Positions 1 through 10,166 of a stretch of 64,000 bases of DNA are shown here, in pieces. Source of the stretch: Anaeromyxobacter sp. (GTDB taxonomy: Bacteria > Myxococcota > Myxococcia > Myxococcales > Anaeromyxobacteraceae). The stretch is from assembly GCA_031396105.1 (NCBI GenBank), contig JANNKC010000234.1:2423-66422 (forward strand), read 5' to 3'. The stretch's first letter is position 1; each line of letters begins with the position of its first letter. A model generated the notes under the pieces. It was not told the DNA's origin and ran no database searches. It saw only the letters and a list, made by a program, of their open reading frames with translations. Position numbers and translations under genes: made by a program.

Positions 1-134
1 ACCGCCGCGGCGTACCGGGCTGGCTGGACCTGGACAAGGCTGCGTTCAAGGGCACCGTGAGGACCTCGCCGTCGCGCGAGGACATCACCATGCCCATCCA
101 GGAGCAGCTCATCGTCGAGCTCTACTCGAAGTAG
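1..134 (+). CDS. rpsD: 30S ribosomal protein S4, C-terminal fragment (5' end outside window)
   Basis: Frame 3 reads ...[38 protein letters not shown], then TAG at 132-134. This is the conserved S4 C-terminus, and it sits directly upstream of rpoA as in the alpha operon. Confidence 0.9.
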   Translation, partial: RRGVPGWLDLDKAAFKGTVRTSPSREDITMPIQEQLIVELYSK

Positions 135-268
135 CCGCACCGCATCCAACCTCGACGCGGGCCCGGGCGACCGGGCTCGCGCCGTCAGATGCCGCGCGCC
201 CCACGGCGCCCCGACTCCGCCAGGCTGGGCGGGACCGGGGAGGGGGCGGCGGCAGGAGGAGACAGCCC

Positions 269-1288
<1,020 letters not shown>

Positions 1289-1315
1289 CGCACCGGACAC
1301 GCAAGGGAGAATGAG

Positions 1316-1738
1316 ATGAAGCACCGGATTGCCGGCCGTCGGCTCGACCGCACCACCGAGCACCGCACGGCCATGTTCAGGAACATGGTGACCTCGCTGC
1401 TGCGGCACGAGAAGATCGTCACCACCACGCCCAAGGCCAAGGAGCTGAAGCGGATCGTCGACAAGGTGATCACGCAGGCCAAGCGGGGCACGCCGCACGC
1501 CCGCCGGCTCGTCAACCGCGACATCAAGGATGTCGAGGTGCTGGTGAAGCTGTTCGGCCCGGTGGCCGATCGCTTCAAGGCCCGCCCGGGCGGCTACACC
1601 CGCATCATCCGGGTGGGGCGCCGCGCCGGCGACAACGCCGAGATGTCGGTCATCGAGCTGGTGGAGAAGAGCCCCGCCGCCGAGCCCGAGGCCGAGAAGA
1701 AGACCACGTCCAAGAAGGCTGAGAAGGCCGCGGAGTAG
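1316..1738 (+). CDS. rplQ: 50S ribosomal protein L17
   Basis: 140 aa, starting [37 protein letters not shown], typical of L17. It follows rpoA. Confidence 0.97.
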   Translation: MKHRIAGRRLDRTTEHRTAMFRNMVTSLLRHEKIVTTTPKAKELKRIVDKVITQAKRGTPHARRLVNRDIKDVEVLVKLFGPVADRFKARPGGYTRIIRVGRRAGDNAEMSVIELVEKSPAAEPEAEKKTTSKKAEKAAE

Positions 1739-1787
1739 GCGGCCGCACCGAGGCCGCCCACGGGCGGCCCCGAGGAGGCAGGTTCAC

Positions 1788-2054
1788 ATGGCAGTCGTTC
1801 TTCGGCTCTCGCGGGCCGGCACGCACAAGGCGCCCTTCTATCACGTGGTGGCGACCGACTCGCGCAAGCCCCGCGATGGAAAGTATCTCGAGGACGTCGG
1901 GCTCTACGACCCGACCCGCAAGCCCGCGCTCATCCAGCTCAAGGCCGAGCGGGTGCAGCACTGGCTCAAGGAGGGGGCCCGGCCCAGCCAGACGGTGGCC
2001 ATGCTCCTGAAGCGGGCCAAGATCGTGAAGCCCGCGGCGGAGCAGAAGGTCTAG
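1788..2054 (+). CDS. rpsP: 30S ribosomal protein S16
   Basis: 88 aa, starting MAVVLRLSRAGTHKAPFYHVVATDSR. First gene of the rpsP-rimM-trmD-rplS arrangement. Confidence 0.96.
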   Translation: MAVVLRLSRAGTHKAPFYHVVATDSRKPRDGKYLEDVGLYDPTRKPALIQLKAERVQHWLKEGARPSQTVAMLLKRAKIVKPAAEQKV

Positions 2055-2059
2055 GGCCG

Positions 2060-2290
2060 GTGCGCGACCTCGTCCTCTGGCTCGCCCGCGAGCTCGTCGA
2101 CCGCAAGGACGCCGTGACGGTGGAGGCCATCGAGCGGGATCGCTCCACGGTCTTCGAGCTCACGGTGGACCCGGACGATCTCGGGCGGGTCATCGGGCGG
2201 GGTGGGCGGACGGCCAAGGCCCTGCGCACCGTCATCGACGTCGCGGCGCGCCAGCAGGGTCGCCGCGCCGTCCTCGACATCCTCGACTGA
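2060..2290 (+). CDS. KH-domain RNA-binding protein (YlqC/UPF0109-like)
   Basis: 76 aa with a GTG start. Contains the GxxG KH motif in LGRVIGRGGRTAKALRTV. Sits in the conserved position between rpsP and rimM. Confidence 0.85.
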   Translation: MRDLVLWLARELVDRKDAVTVEAIERDRSTVFELTVDPDDLGRVIGRGGRTAKALRTVIDVAARQQGRRAVLDILD

Positions 2291-2292
2291 GC

Positions 2293-2805
2293 GTGCCGCT
2301 CGTCCGCGTCGGCAGGGTCGTCCGGGCCGTCGGGCTCAAGGGGTACCTCGGCGTCGGGGGCTCCCTGGGCGGGCTGGCGCTGGTCTCCCGCGTGGTGCTG
2401 CGGCGGGCGGGGCTGGACGAGCCGCTGAAGGTGCTGGAGGCGCGCCCCCAGGGGCGCGTCTGGGCGGTGCGGCTGGAGGGGATCTCCGACCGGACGGCCG
2501 CCGAGGCCAGGGTCGGCATGGAGGTCCTGGCCGAGCGGGACGAGCTGGGCGAGGCCGACGAGGGGAGCCACTACTGGACCGACCTCCAGGGGCTCCCGGT
2601 GGTGACGGTGGACGGCCAGGCCATCGGCACGGTGACGGGGCTGATGGAGACCGGCGCCGTGGACGTGCTGGTGGTGATGGGGCCGCTGGGCGAGGCGCTC
2701 ATCCCGATGGCGCCGTACGTCCAGGTGGACCTGGAGGCGAAGCGGATCGTGGTGGACCCGCCGGAGGGGCTGCTCGGCGGGCCGGGAGGAGACCAGGAAG
2801 GGTAG
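2293..2805 (+). CDS. rimM: 16S rRNA processing protein RimM
   Basis: 170 aa, starting VRVGRVVRAVGLKGYL. Has a PRC-barrel-like C-terminus and conserved synteny. Confidence 0.9.
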   Translation: MPLVRVGRVVRAVGLKGYLGVGGSLGGLALVSRVVLRRAGLDEPLKVLEARPQGRVWAVRLEGISDRTAAEARVGMEVLAERDELGEADEGSHYWTDLQGLPVVTVDGQAIGTVTGLMETGAVDVLVVMGPLGEALIPMAPYVQVDLEAKRIVVDPPEGLLGGPGGDQEG

Positions 2806-2817
2806 GCGAGGCGAGCC

Positions 2818-3561
2818 GTGGCGAAGCTGGAGATCGAGATCCTGACGCTGTTCCCGCGCATGTGCGCGGGCTACCTGGGGGAGAGCATCCTGGGGAAGGC
2901 GCAGGAGGGCGGGCTCCTCGAGGTGCGGGTGTCGGACGTCCGGGAGCACGCCGAGGGGCGGCACCGGGTCTGCGATGACGCCCCCTACGGCGGCGGGGCC
3001 GGGATGGTGATGAAGCCGGAGCCGCTCACCCTGGCCATCGAGGCGGCCCGGGCGCGGCTCCCCGGGGCGCTGGTGGTACTGATGAGCCCGCGCGGCGAGC
3101 CGCTGGACCAGGCGCTGGCGCGGCGGCTGGCGGAGCAGGGCCGGCTGGTCCTGGTCTGCGGACGGTACGAGGGCGTCGACGAACGGGTGCTGGAAGAGGT
3201 GGATCTGGAGGTGTCGGTCGGGGACTTCGTGCTGACGGGCGGCGAGCTGGCCGCCCTCTGCGTGGTGGACGCCGCGGCGCGCCTCGTCCCCGGGGTCCTC
3301 GGCAACGAGGCCTCGGCCGGCGCGGAGAGCTTCGCGGGCGAGGACGGGCTGCTGGAGCACCCGCATTACACGCGGCCCCCGGAGTTCCGGGGGATGAAGG
3401 TGCCGGAGGTGCTCCTCTCGGGGGACCACCGGCGCATCGAGCGGTGGCGGCGGCGCGAGGCGCTGCGCGTCACCCGGGAGCGGCGGCCGGACCTCTTCGC
3501 GGGGGCCCGGATGACGGCGGCGGATCAACGCCTGCTCGACGCCGGCGACGACGAGTTGTAA
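2818..3561 (+). CDS. trmD: tRNA (guanine37-N1)-methyltransferase
   Basis: 247 aa. Motifs: [53 protein letters not shown]. Confidence 0.95.
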   Translation: MAKLEIEILTLFPRMCAGYLGESILGKAQEGGLLEVRVSDVREHAEGRHRVCDDAPYGGGAGMVMKPEPLTLAIEAARARLPGALVVLMSPRGEPLDQALARRLAEQGRLVLVCGRYEGVDERVLEEVDLEVSVGDFVLTGGELAALCVVDAAARLVPGVLGNEASAGAESFAGEDGLLEHPHYTRPPEFRGMKVPEVLLSGDHRRIERWRRREALRVTRERRPDLFAGARMTAADQRLLDAGDDEL

Positions 3562-3591
3562 GAAGGGCAGTTCCAAGGAGAAGGACAGGCC

Positions 3592-4011
3592 ATGCTGCGC
3601 AACGCGATTGCCGTGATCGAGGCGAAGTACCAGCGTAACGATGTCCCGGACCTGCGGGCCGGCGACTCCGTCCGCGTCCACACCAAGATCAAGGAGGGCG
3701 ACAAGGAGCGAATCCAGATCTTCGAGGGCGTGGTCATCGCCCGCCGCCGGGGCGGTGTGCGCGCCAACTTCACGGTGCGCAAGGTGAGCTACGGCGTCGG
3801 GGTGGAGCGCATCTTCCCGACCCACAGCCCGCGCATCGACAAGATCGAGGTGGTGGGCCACGGCGAGGTCCGCCGCTCGCGCCTCTTCTACCTGCGCGAC
3901 CTGCACGGCAAGGCCGCCCGCCTGACGCAGGAAGAGGGCCCGGGCGAGGCCGCCAGGCCGGCCGCGCCCAGCGCGCCCGCCGCGCCCACCGCGCCCACCG
4001 CGCAGGCCTGA
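3592..4011 (+). CDS. rplS: 50S ribosomal protein L19 (with Ala/Pro-rich C-terminal tail)
   Basis: 139 aa. L19 core recognisable ([33 protein letters not shown]). Ends in a roughly 25-aa AP-rich extension. Confidence 0.96.
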   Translation: MLRNAIAVIEAKYQRNDVPDLRAGDSVRVHTKIKEGDKERIQIFEGVVIARRRGGVRANFTVRKVSYGVGVERIFPTHSPRIDKIEVVGHGEVRRSRLFYLRDLHGKAARLTQEEGPGEAARPAAPSAPAAPTAPTAQA

Positions 4012-4020
4012 CGCGGATCC

Positions 4021-4065
4021 AGCGCCGCGGTCGCGCCGGCCTTCCCGCCGGCGCGCCGCGGCGCT
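4021..4065 (+). terminator. Long GC-rich hairpin downstream of rplS (terminator/attenuator-like, no U-tract)
   Basis: The left arm AGCGCCGCGGTCGCGCCGGC pairs with the right arm GCCGGCGCGCCGCGGCGCT around the loop CTTCCC. Stem is about 19 bp with one bulge. It lies 10 nt after the rplS stop. Confidence 0.45.
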
Positions 4066-4078
4066 ACCATCACCCGGC

Positions 4079-5965
4079 GTGCTGCTCCTCGAGTTCGCAG
4101 CCCAGGGAGTGCGGGGCGTGGCGCCTGCCGGCGGCCGCGCCACGCTGCGTCCAGGCTACAACGTGGTGGCCGCCGACGGCGCGGCGCTGCGGCGCCTGCT
4201 CGAGTCGCTGGTCTACCCGGACCCGCGCGACGGCGAGAGCCTGCCGCGCGCCCCGGGCGGCCCTGGCGCCGGGCCGGTCCGCGCCGGCTTGACGCTGGTC
4301 GGGACCGACCGGGTCACCTACCGGCTGGTGCGCGACTTCGCGGCCGGGTGCCAGCTCCACCGCTTCGACGCCGAGAAGCGCGCCTTCGCCCCCGTCGCCC
4401 AGGACCTGGCCGAGATCGCCGCCTTCCTGCGAGACCCGGTCGGCGTGCCGTCGCCCACCCGGCTGGCGACGCTCCTCACCTTCGCGGCCGCCGACCTGCC
4501 CTCCAGGACGGGCGGCGCGGGGACCTCCCTGGGAGGCGGGGCGTCCGCCGCCGCGCCGGCCCGGCCAGCCATGAAGCCGGTGCAGGCCCGCCAGCGGCTG
4601 GCGGACCTGGAGACCGAGCTGACGCGGGCCGGCGAGGCGGAGAAGCTGCAGTACCAGCTGGACGGGCTCCAGTCGAAGCTCTTCAAGGTCGAGGAGGCGC
4701 TCAAGAGCGGGCAGCGCGTCCAGGACGGGCTGGCCGGGGCCGAGGCCGAGCGGGCGGCGCTGCAGCCGGTCGCCGACGTGGCGGCGCGGCTCGGGAGCGC
4801 GTCCGCCAAGCTGTCGACCCACGCCAAGGCCGTGGCCCGCCGGGACGAGGCCCTGGCGCGGGTTGCGGCGGAGCGCGAGACGCTGGAGGAGGCCGAGGTC
4901 CGTGGCGGCCCGCGGCCGCTCTGGGAGTCGCCCGGGTTCCTGGCCGGGGTGGGCGGCGGCGTGCTCTTCCTGGTCCTCGGCGTGGTGGGCGCGGCCGGCG
5001 GCTCGGAGCTGCGGACCGCGGCGCTCCTGTCCATGCCGGCCTTCGGCTGGGCCGGCTGGGAGGCCCACCGCTGGATCGGGGCCCAGGACGAGTGGGAGCG
5101 CCAGGGGCGGCGTCGCAGGGTGGTGGACGACTGGGAGAAGAAGGTGCTGGAGCAGTTCGAACGCGACACCGCCGAGGTGGGGGCGGTGCTCAAGGCGCTG
5201 CAGCTCACCAAGGCCCGAGAGCTGCAGGACCAGCTCGACCGGCTCGCCGAGGCGGACCGCACGGTGGAGGAATGGCGGGTCCGGCTCCGCGCCTGGGAGT
5301 CTGCCCCGGAGACGGCGGGCGCCGTGGCGGAGAAGGTGCGCGTCGAGGAGGAGCTGCGCGTCGTGGAGACCGGGCTGGCGAGCGAGGCGGGCGGCTTCGT
5401 GCGCGATGTCCGGTCCATCGAGGCCGAGCTGGAGCAGGTCAAGGCCGAGCTGGAGGCGCCCACCGCCCATGAGGCCACGCCGGCCCCGGCGCCGACCGCG
5501 GTGGCGCCGGCCAGGGCGGCGGTCCAGGCCCCGGCCGGCGAGCCGCTGCGCGGCCTGCTGGAGCGGGCGGCGGCCGAGCTGGGCGGGAGCCCGGCCTCGG
5601 TGGCGCGTGCCTTGTCACAGAAGGCCTCGCAGGCGCTGGCGGGTCTCACCCTCAACCGGCTCACCGGGGTGACCGCCGACGACCGGGGCAACGTGCAGGT
5701 GGTGAGCGGTGGCCGCCCGTCGCCCGCCCTGACCCTGCCGCCCGCCGACAAGGACCTGGTCTTCGTGGCGCTCAAGCTGGCGCTCCTGGAGCACGCGGTG
5801 GCGAGCTGGAAGACGATGGCGCTGGTGGAGGACGCCTTTGGCGGGCTCTCCGACACGGCCCGCCGCACCATCGGACGGCTCCTCAAGCAGGCGGCCAAGG
5901 CCGGCCAGATCATCCACACCACCACCGACCCCGCCTTCCGCGAGGCGGCGGACCACCAGGCGTGA
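4079..5965 (+). CDS. SMC/RecN-like coiled-coil protein with degenerate ATPase motifs and a central hydrophobic hairpin
   Basis: 628 aa with a GTG start.
- The N-terminal head resembles the SMC_N beta-strand/P-loop region, but the Walker A position reads GYNVVAADGAALRRLLES (no GKS/T).
- Long Ala/Glu/Arg/Leu-rich coils flank two hydrophobic segments: FLAGVGGGVLFLVLGVVGAAG and AALLSMPAFGWAGW.
- The C-terminal head has LPPADKDLVFVALKLALLE in place of the LSGGE signature, and ALVEDAFGGLSD in the Walker B/D-loop position. Confidence 0.7.
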   Translation: MLLLEFAAQGVRGVAPAGGRATLRPGYNVVAADGAALRRLLESLVYPDPRDGESLPRAPGGPGAGPVRAGLTLVGTDRVTYRLVRDFAAGCQLHRFDAEKRAFAPVAQDLAEIAAFLRDPVGVPSPTRLATLLTFAAADLPSRTGGAGTSLGGGASAAAPARPAMKPVQARQRLADLETELTRAGEAEKLQYQLDGLQSKLFKVEEALKSGQRVQDGLAGAEAERAALQPVADVAARLGSASAKLSTHAKAVARRDEALARVAAERETLEEAEVRGGPRPLWESPGFLAGVGGGVLFLVLGVVGAAGGSELRTAALLSMPAFGWAGWEAHRWIGAQDEWERQGRRRRVVDDWEKKVLEQFERDTAEVGAVLKALQLTKARELQDQLDRLAEADRTVEEWRVRLRAWESAPETAGAVAEKVRVEEELRVVETGLASEAGGFVRDVRSIEAELEQVKAELEAPTAHEATPAPAPTAVAPARAAVQAPAGEPLRGLLERAAAELGGSPASVARALSQKASQALAGLTLNRLTGVTADDRGNVQVVSGGRPSPALTLPPADKDLVFVALKLALLEHAVASWKTMALVEDAFGGLSDTARRTIGRLLKQAAKAGQIIHTTTDPAFREAADHQA

Positions 5966-6369
5966 GCGTGCAGCCTCCTGGACCGCCCGGGACGGACGGC
6001 ACGCGGGCCCGCGGTCGGGCGGCCGAGGCGCTGGCCGAGGAGCACCTGGCCGGCCTCGGCTACCGGGTGCTGGCGCGCAACCACGCCACCCGCCGCGGTG
6101 AGGTGGACCTGGTCTGCCAGGAGGGTGAGGTCATCTGCTTCGTCGAGGTGCGGAGCCGCGCCGGGGAGGCGCAGGGCTCCCCGCTGGAGACCGTGAGCAC
6201 CGTGAAGGCCCGCCGGGTGGTGGCGGCCGCCACCGACTGGGCCTGGCGGAACGGCAAGCTCGACGCCGCGCTGCGCTTCGACGTGGTGGGTGTCGTGCTC
6301 GGGCCCGAGGGGCCCCGCTTCGAGCTGGTGCGCGGCGCCTTCGACGCCCACGGCCAGCCGTCGCTCTAG
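5962..6369 (+). CDS. yraN: YraN-family (UPF0102) PD-(D/E)xK endonuclease-like protein
   Basis: 135 aa. Contains GRAAEALAEEHLAGLGYRVLARNHATRRGEVDLVCQEGEVICFVEVRSR, typical of YraN. The GTG start overlaps the upstream stop (GTGA). Confidence 0.85.
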   Translation: MSVQPPGPPGTDGTRARGRAAEALAEEHLAGLGYRVLARNHATRRGEVDLVCQEGEVICFVEVRSRAGEAQGSPLETVSTVKARRVVAAATDWAWRNGKLDAALRFDVVGVVLGPEGPRFELVRGAFDAHGQPSL

Positions 6370-6377
6370 GAGAGGCC

Positions 6378-7241
6378 ATGGCGGAGCGCGAGCCGGGGCG
6401 GGGGACGCTCTACGTGGTGGCCACGCCCATCGGCAACCTGGGGGACCTCTCCCCGCGCGCCGCCGAGGTGCTGCGCAGCGTGGACGCGGTGGCGGCGGAG
6501 GACACCCGCCGCACCGCCCGCCTCTACGCCCACCTGGGCGCCGCCGCGCCGGTCATGATCTCGCTGCCGGCCTTCGACGAGCGGGGCCGCCTCGAGGCCG
6601 TGGTCGCGCGCCTGGCGTCCGGCCAGGCGGTGGCGCTCTGCACCGACGCCGGCACCCCCGGCGTCTCCGACCCGGGGGCCGCGCTGGTGGCGGCCGCCTG
6701 GGAGGTGGGGGCCCGGGTGGTGCCGGTGCCCGGCCCGTCGGCGGCGCTGGCGGCGCTCAGCGCCTCGGGGCTGCCGGCCGACCGGTTCTTCTTCACGGGC
6801 TTCCTGCCGCGGAAGGGCGGCGGGCGGGCCGAGCAGCTGGCCCTGCTGGCCGGGCTGCCGGCCACCCTCATCCTCTACGAGGCGGGCAACCGCACCGGTG
6901 ACACGCTGGCCGACCTGGCCGCGGCGCTGGGCGACCGGCCGGCCGCGGTGGCGCGCGAGCTCACCAAGCTGCACGAGGAGGTGGTGCGCGGGCGCCTCTC
7001 CGAGCTGGCCGTCCGCTTCGGCGGCGAGGTGAAGGGCGAGGTGACCATCGTGGTGTCGGGCGAAGGCGCCGCCGCCCCGTCGGCCCCGGCCGAGCCGCTG
7101 GAGGTGGAGCTCAAGCGCCGCCTGGCGGCCGGCGAGCCGGGGAGCGGCCTGGCGCGCGAGGTGGCCCGGGCGCGCGGCCTGAAGCGGGCCGACGTGTACG
7201 ACGCGCTGGAGCGGCTGAAGCTGGAGCGGGGCTCGCCCTAG
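6378..7241 (+). CDS. rsmI: 16S rRNA (cytidine1402-2'-O)-methyltransferase
   Basis: 287 aa. Motifs: GTLYVVATPIGNLGDLSPRA, AEDTRRT, TDAGTPGVSDPG. Confidence 0.93.
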   Translation: MAEREPGRGTLYVVATPIGNLGDLSPRAAEVLRSVDAVAAEDTRRTARLYAHLGAAAPVMISLPAFDERGRLEAVVARLASGQAVALCTDAGTPGVSDPGAALVAAAWEVGARVVPVPGPSAALAALSASGLPADRFFFTGFLPRKGGGRAEQLALLAGLPATLILYEAGNRTGDTLADLAAALGDRPAAVARELTKLHEEVVRGRLSELAVRFGGEVKGEVTIVVSGEGAAAPSAPAEPLEVELKRRLAAGEPGSGLAREVARARGLKRADVYDALERLKLERGSP

Positions 7242-8542
7242 AACTGCAGGAGGCCGCTGACCTGGAGGTCGAAGACGCTCCCCTCGGTGGCGCGGAAGCG
7301 GCGGGCCGGGGCGTCGTAGCGCCAGTCGAAGTTGGGGTTCTCCACCCGGCTGCCGAAGTCCTCGCCGGTGAGGAAGTGGGGCGTGACCCAGCCGAGCGAG
7401 CCGGACCCCTGGATGGCGACGTACTCCGAGGCGCGGAAGATGAAGCCGAGGCGCCCCACCAGCGTCATGTAGGCCTCGGTGGCCAGCAGCTTGCCGGTGG
7501 CGTCGGTCAGCTCGTTGTACCAGCGAGCCCGCGAGGTGTAGTCGGCCACGATGCGCAGGTCGAGGGCGATCTTCTGGTCGGTGACGTGGTCCTCGTACGG
7601 GATCAGCTCGGCGCCGAAGGTGAGGCCGGCCAGGAAGGGCAGCTGGGCGCCCCAGCGGTCCGGGTCGGCGGCGCAGAGGACGGCCATGTCCGGGTGCGCC
7701 TGGATGTCGATCAGCGCCGGCGACGTCAGCGCAGCCGCCTGGTCGCAGTTGGAGTAGGTGGACGAGGACTTCCGCAGCGCCGTGACGTGGGCCCTGAAGT
7801 ACGGGTCGATGGGGCCCATGCGGCGGGACATCGAGGTGGACAGGTCGAAGCGCCAGACCTTCTGGCCCACCGGGCCGGTCTTGGCGGACACGTTGTAAGG
7901 CGACGCCCAGTCGACCTGCCGGCCGGCGGCCGGGTCGTAGAGCTTGGCCGTGGGGATGGTCACCTCGAGCCCCACCACCCAGGTCGGCTTGGTGTCGTCG
8001 CGCTTCTCCGCGAAGGGGGCCCAGCTCAGCCCGACCTTGAGGTCGCCCGCCACGCCGCCGTGGTAGACGGTCTGGCCGGCGCCGACCGGGAAGATGGGGT
8101 GAGCGACGGCGTCTACGCTGCCGTCCGGGTCGATGGTGTTGCCTTCGATGGTGTCCACCACGTCGGGGCCCACGCCGGCGGCGCGCCGCCAGGTGGTCTC
8201 CTGCGCCAGGTAGTAGGGGAGCTCGGCGTGGAGCTGCAGGTCCTCCCACAGGCCCACCGCCAGCCGCGGGACGACCAGGTTGGCGGTCTCGGTGTAGCGG
8301 AGCTGCTGCGGCTCCTTCACGGTGGCGAACGGGTAGGCCGGATCGCCCGGGTTGGACGCCTCGGCGTACTCCCGGGTGATGGCGGCGCGCCGCTGGGTCC
8401 GCTCCCAGCGCAGCGAGAAGTCCAGGTCGAACGGGTTGTCCGGCTCGCCGCTGGAGGCGACGCGGGTCAGCTCGGCGGCGGCGGCGGGGGCGGCCGGGAT
8501 CAGCAGGGTGATGGCGGTCAAGACGGCGATCAGCCGGCCCAT
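7238..8542 (-). CDS. Outer-membrane beta-barrel protein of unknown function
   Basis: The internal ATG of the 966-aa track ORF gives 434 aa. It has a signal peptide (MGRLIAVLTAITLLIPAAPAAAAE), alternating beta-strand-like sequence and a C-terminal ...VSGLLQF. GGAGG lies 6 nt upstream of the ATG. Confidence 0.8.
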   Translation of the reverse strand: MGRLIAVLTAITLLIPAAPAAAAELTRVASSGEPDNPFDLDFSLRWERTQRRAAITREYAEASNPGDPAYPFATVKEPQQLRYTETANLVVPRLAVGLWEDLQLHAELPYYLAQETTWRRAAGVGPDVVDTIEGNTIDPDGSVDAVAHPIFPVGAGQTVYHGGVAGDLKVGLSWAPFAEKRDDTKPTWVVGLEVTIPTAKLYDPAAGRQVDWASPYNVSAKTGPVGQKVWRFDLSTSMSRRMGPIDPYFRAHVTALRKSSSTYSNCDQAAALTSPALIDIQAHPDMAVLCAADPDRWGAQLPFLAGLTFGAELIPYEDHVTDQKIALDLRIVADYTSRARWYNELTDATGKLLATEAYMTLVGRLGFIFRASEYVAIQGSGSLGWVTPHFLTGEDFGSRVENPNFDWRYDAPARRFRATEGSVFDLQVSGLLQF

Positions 8543-8567
8543 GGCGCTCCTCCGGAGGGGTCGTTCG

Positions 8568-8596
8568 ACGCTAGCAGCGGCTCCCGGGGTGGTCAA
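8568..8596 (-). promoter_or_regulatory. Putative sigma70-type promoter of the OM barrel gene
   Basis: The minus strand reads TTGACC-N17-TAGCGT, followed by a roughly 25-nt leader containing GGAGG. Confidence 0.35.
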
Positions 8597-8670
8597 GGCG
8601 ACGCCGGTCGGTGGCAGGCGCCTGGTGTGCGCCGGGCGCAGGGCCGCTGAGGGGATCCGTTCACGGGCGC

Positions 8671-10110
<1,440 letters not shown>

Positions 10111-10166
10111 GGATCGGTGGGTGGCGGCACGCCGCCATGGCCCCTCCGGCGGGCCCTCCGGGCCCT

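Noticed and set aside
1966-4143. 725-aa minus-strand ORF antisense to rpsP-rimM-trmD-rplS. Similar giant ORFs include 185-1498(-), 4318-6351(-), 6366-8249(-), 11119-14211(-), 12441-15077(+), 22012-26058(+), 26034-27800(-), 50300-53974(-) and 59460-61136(-).
   Set aside because: All lie antisense to, or out of frame with, genes that have clear homology. Their translations are dominated by Arg/Gly/Pro/Ala/His runs with no recognisable motifs. This is the expected shadow-ORF artefact of a genome with very high third-position GC, where stop codons are rare off-frame.
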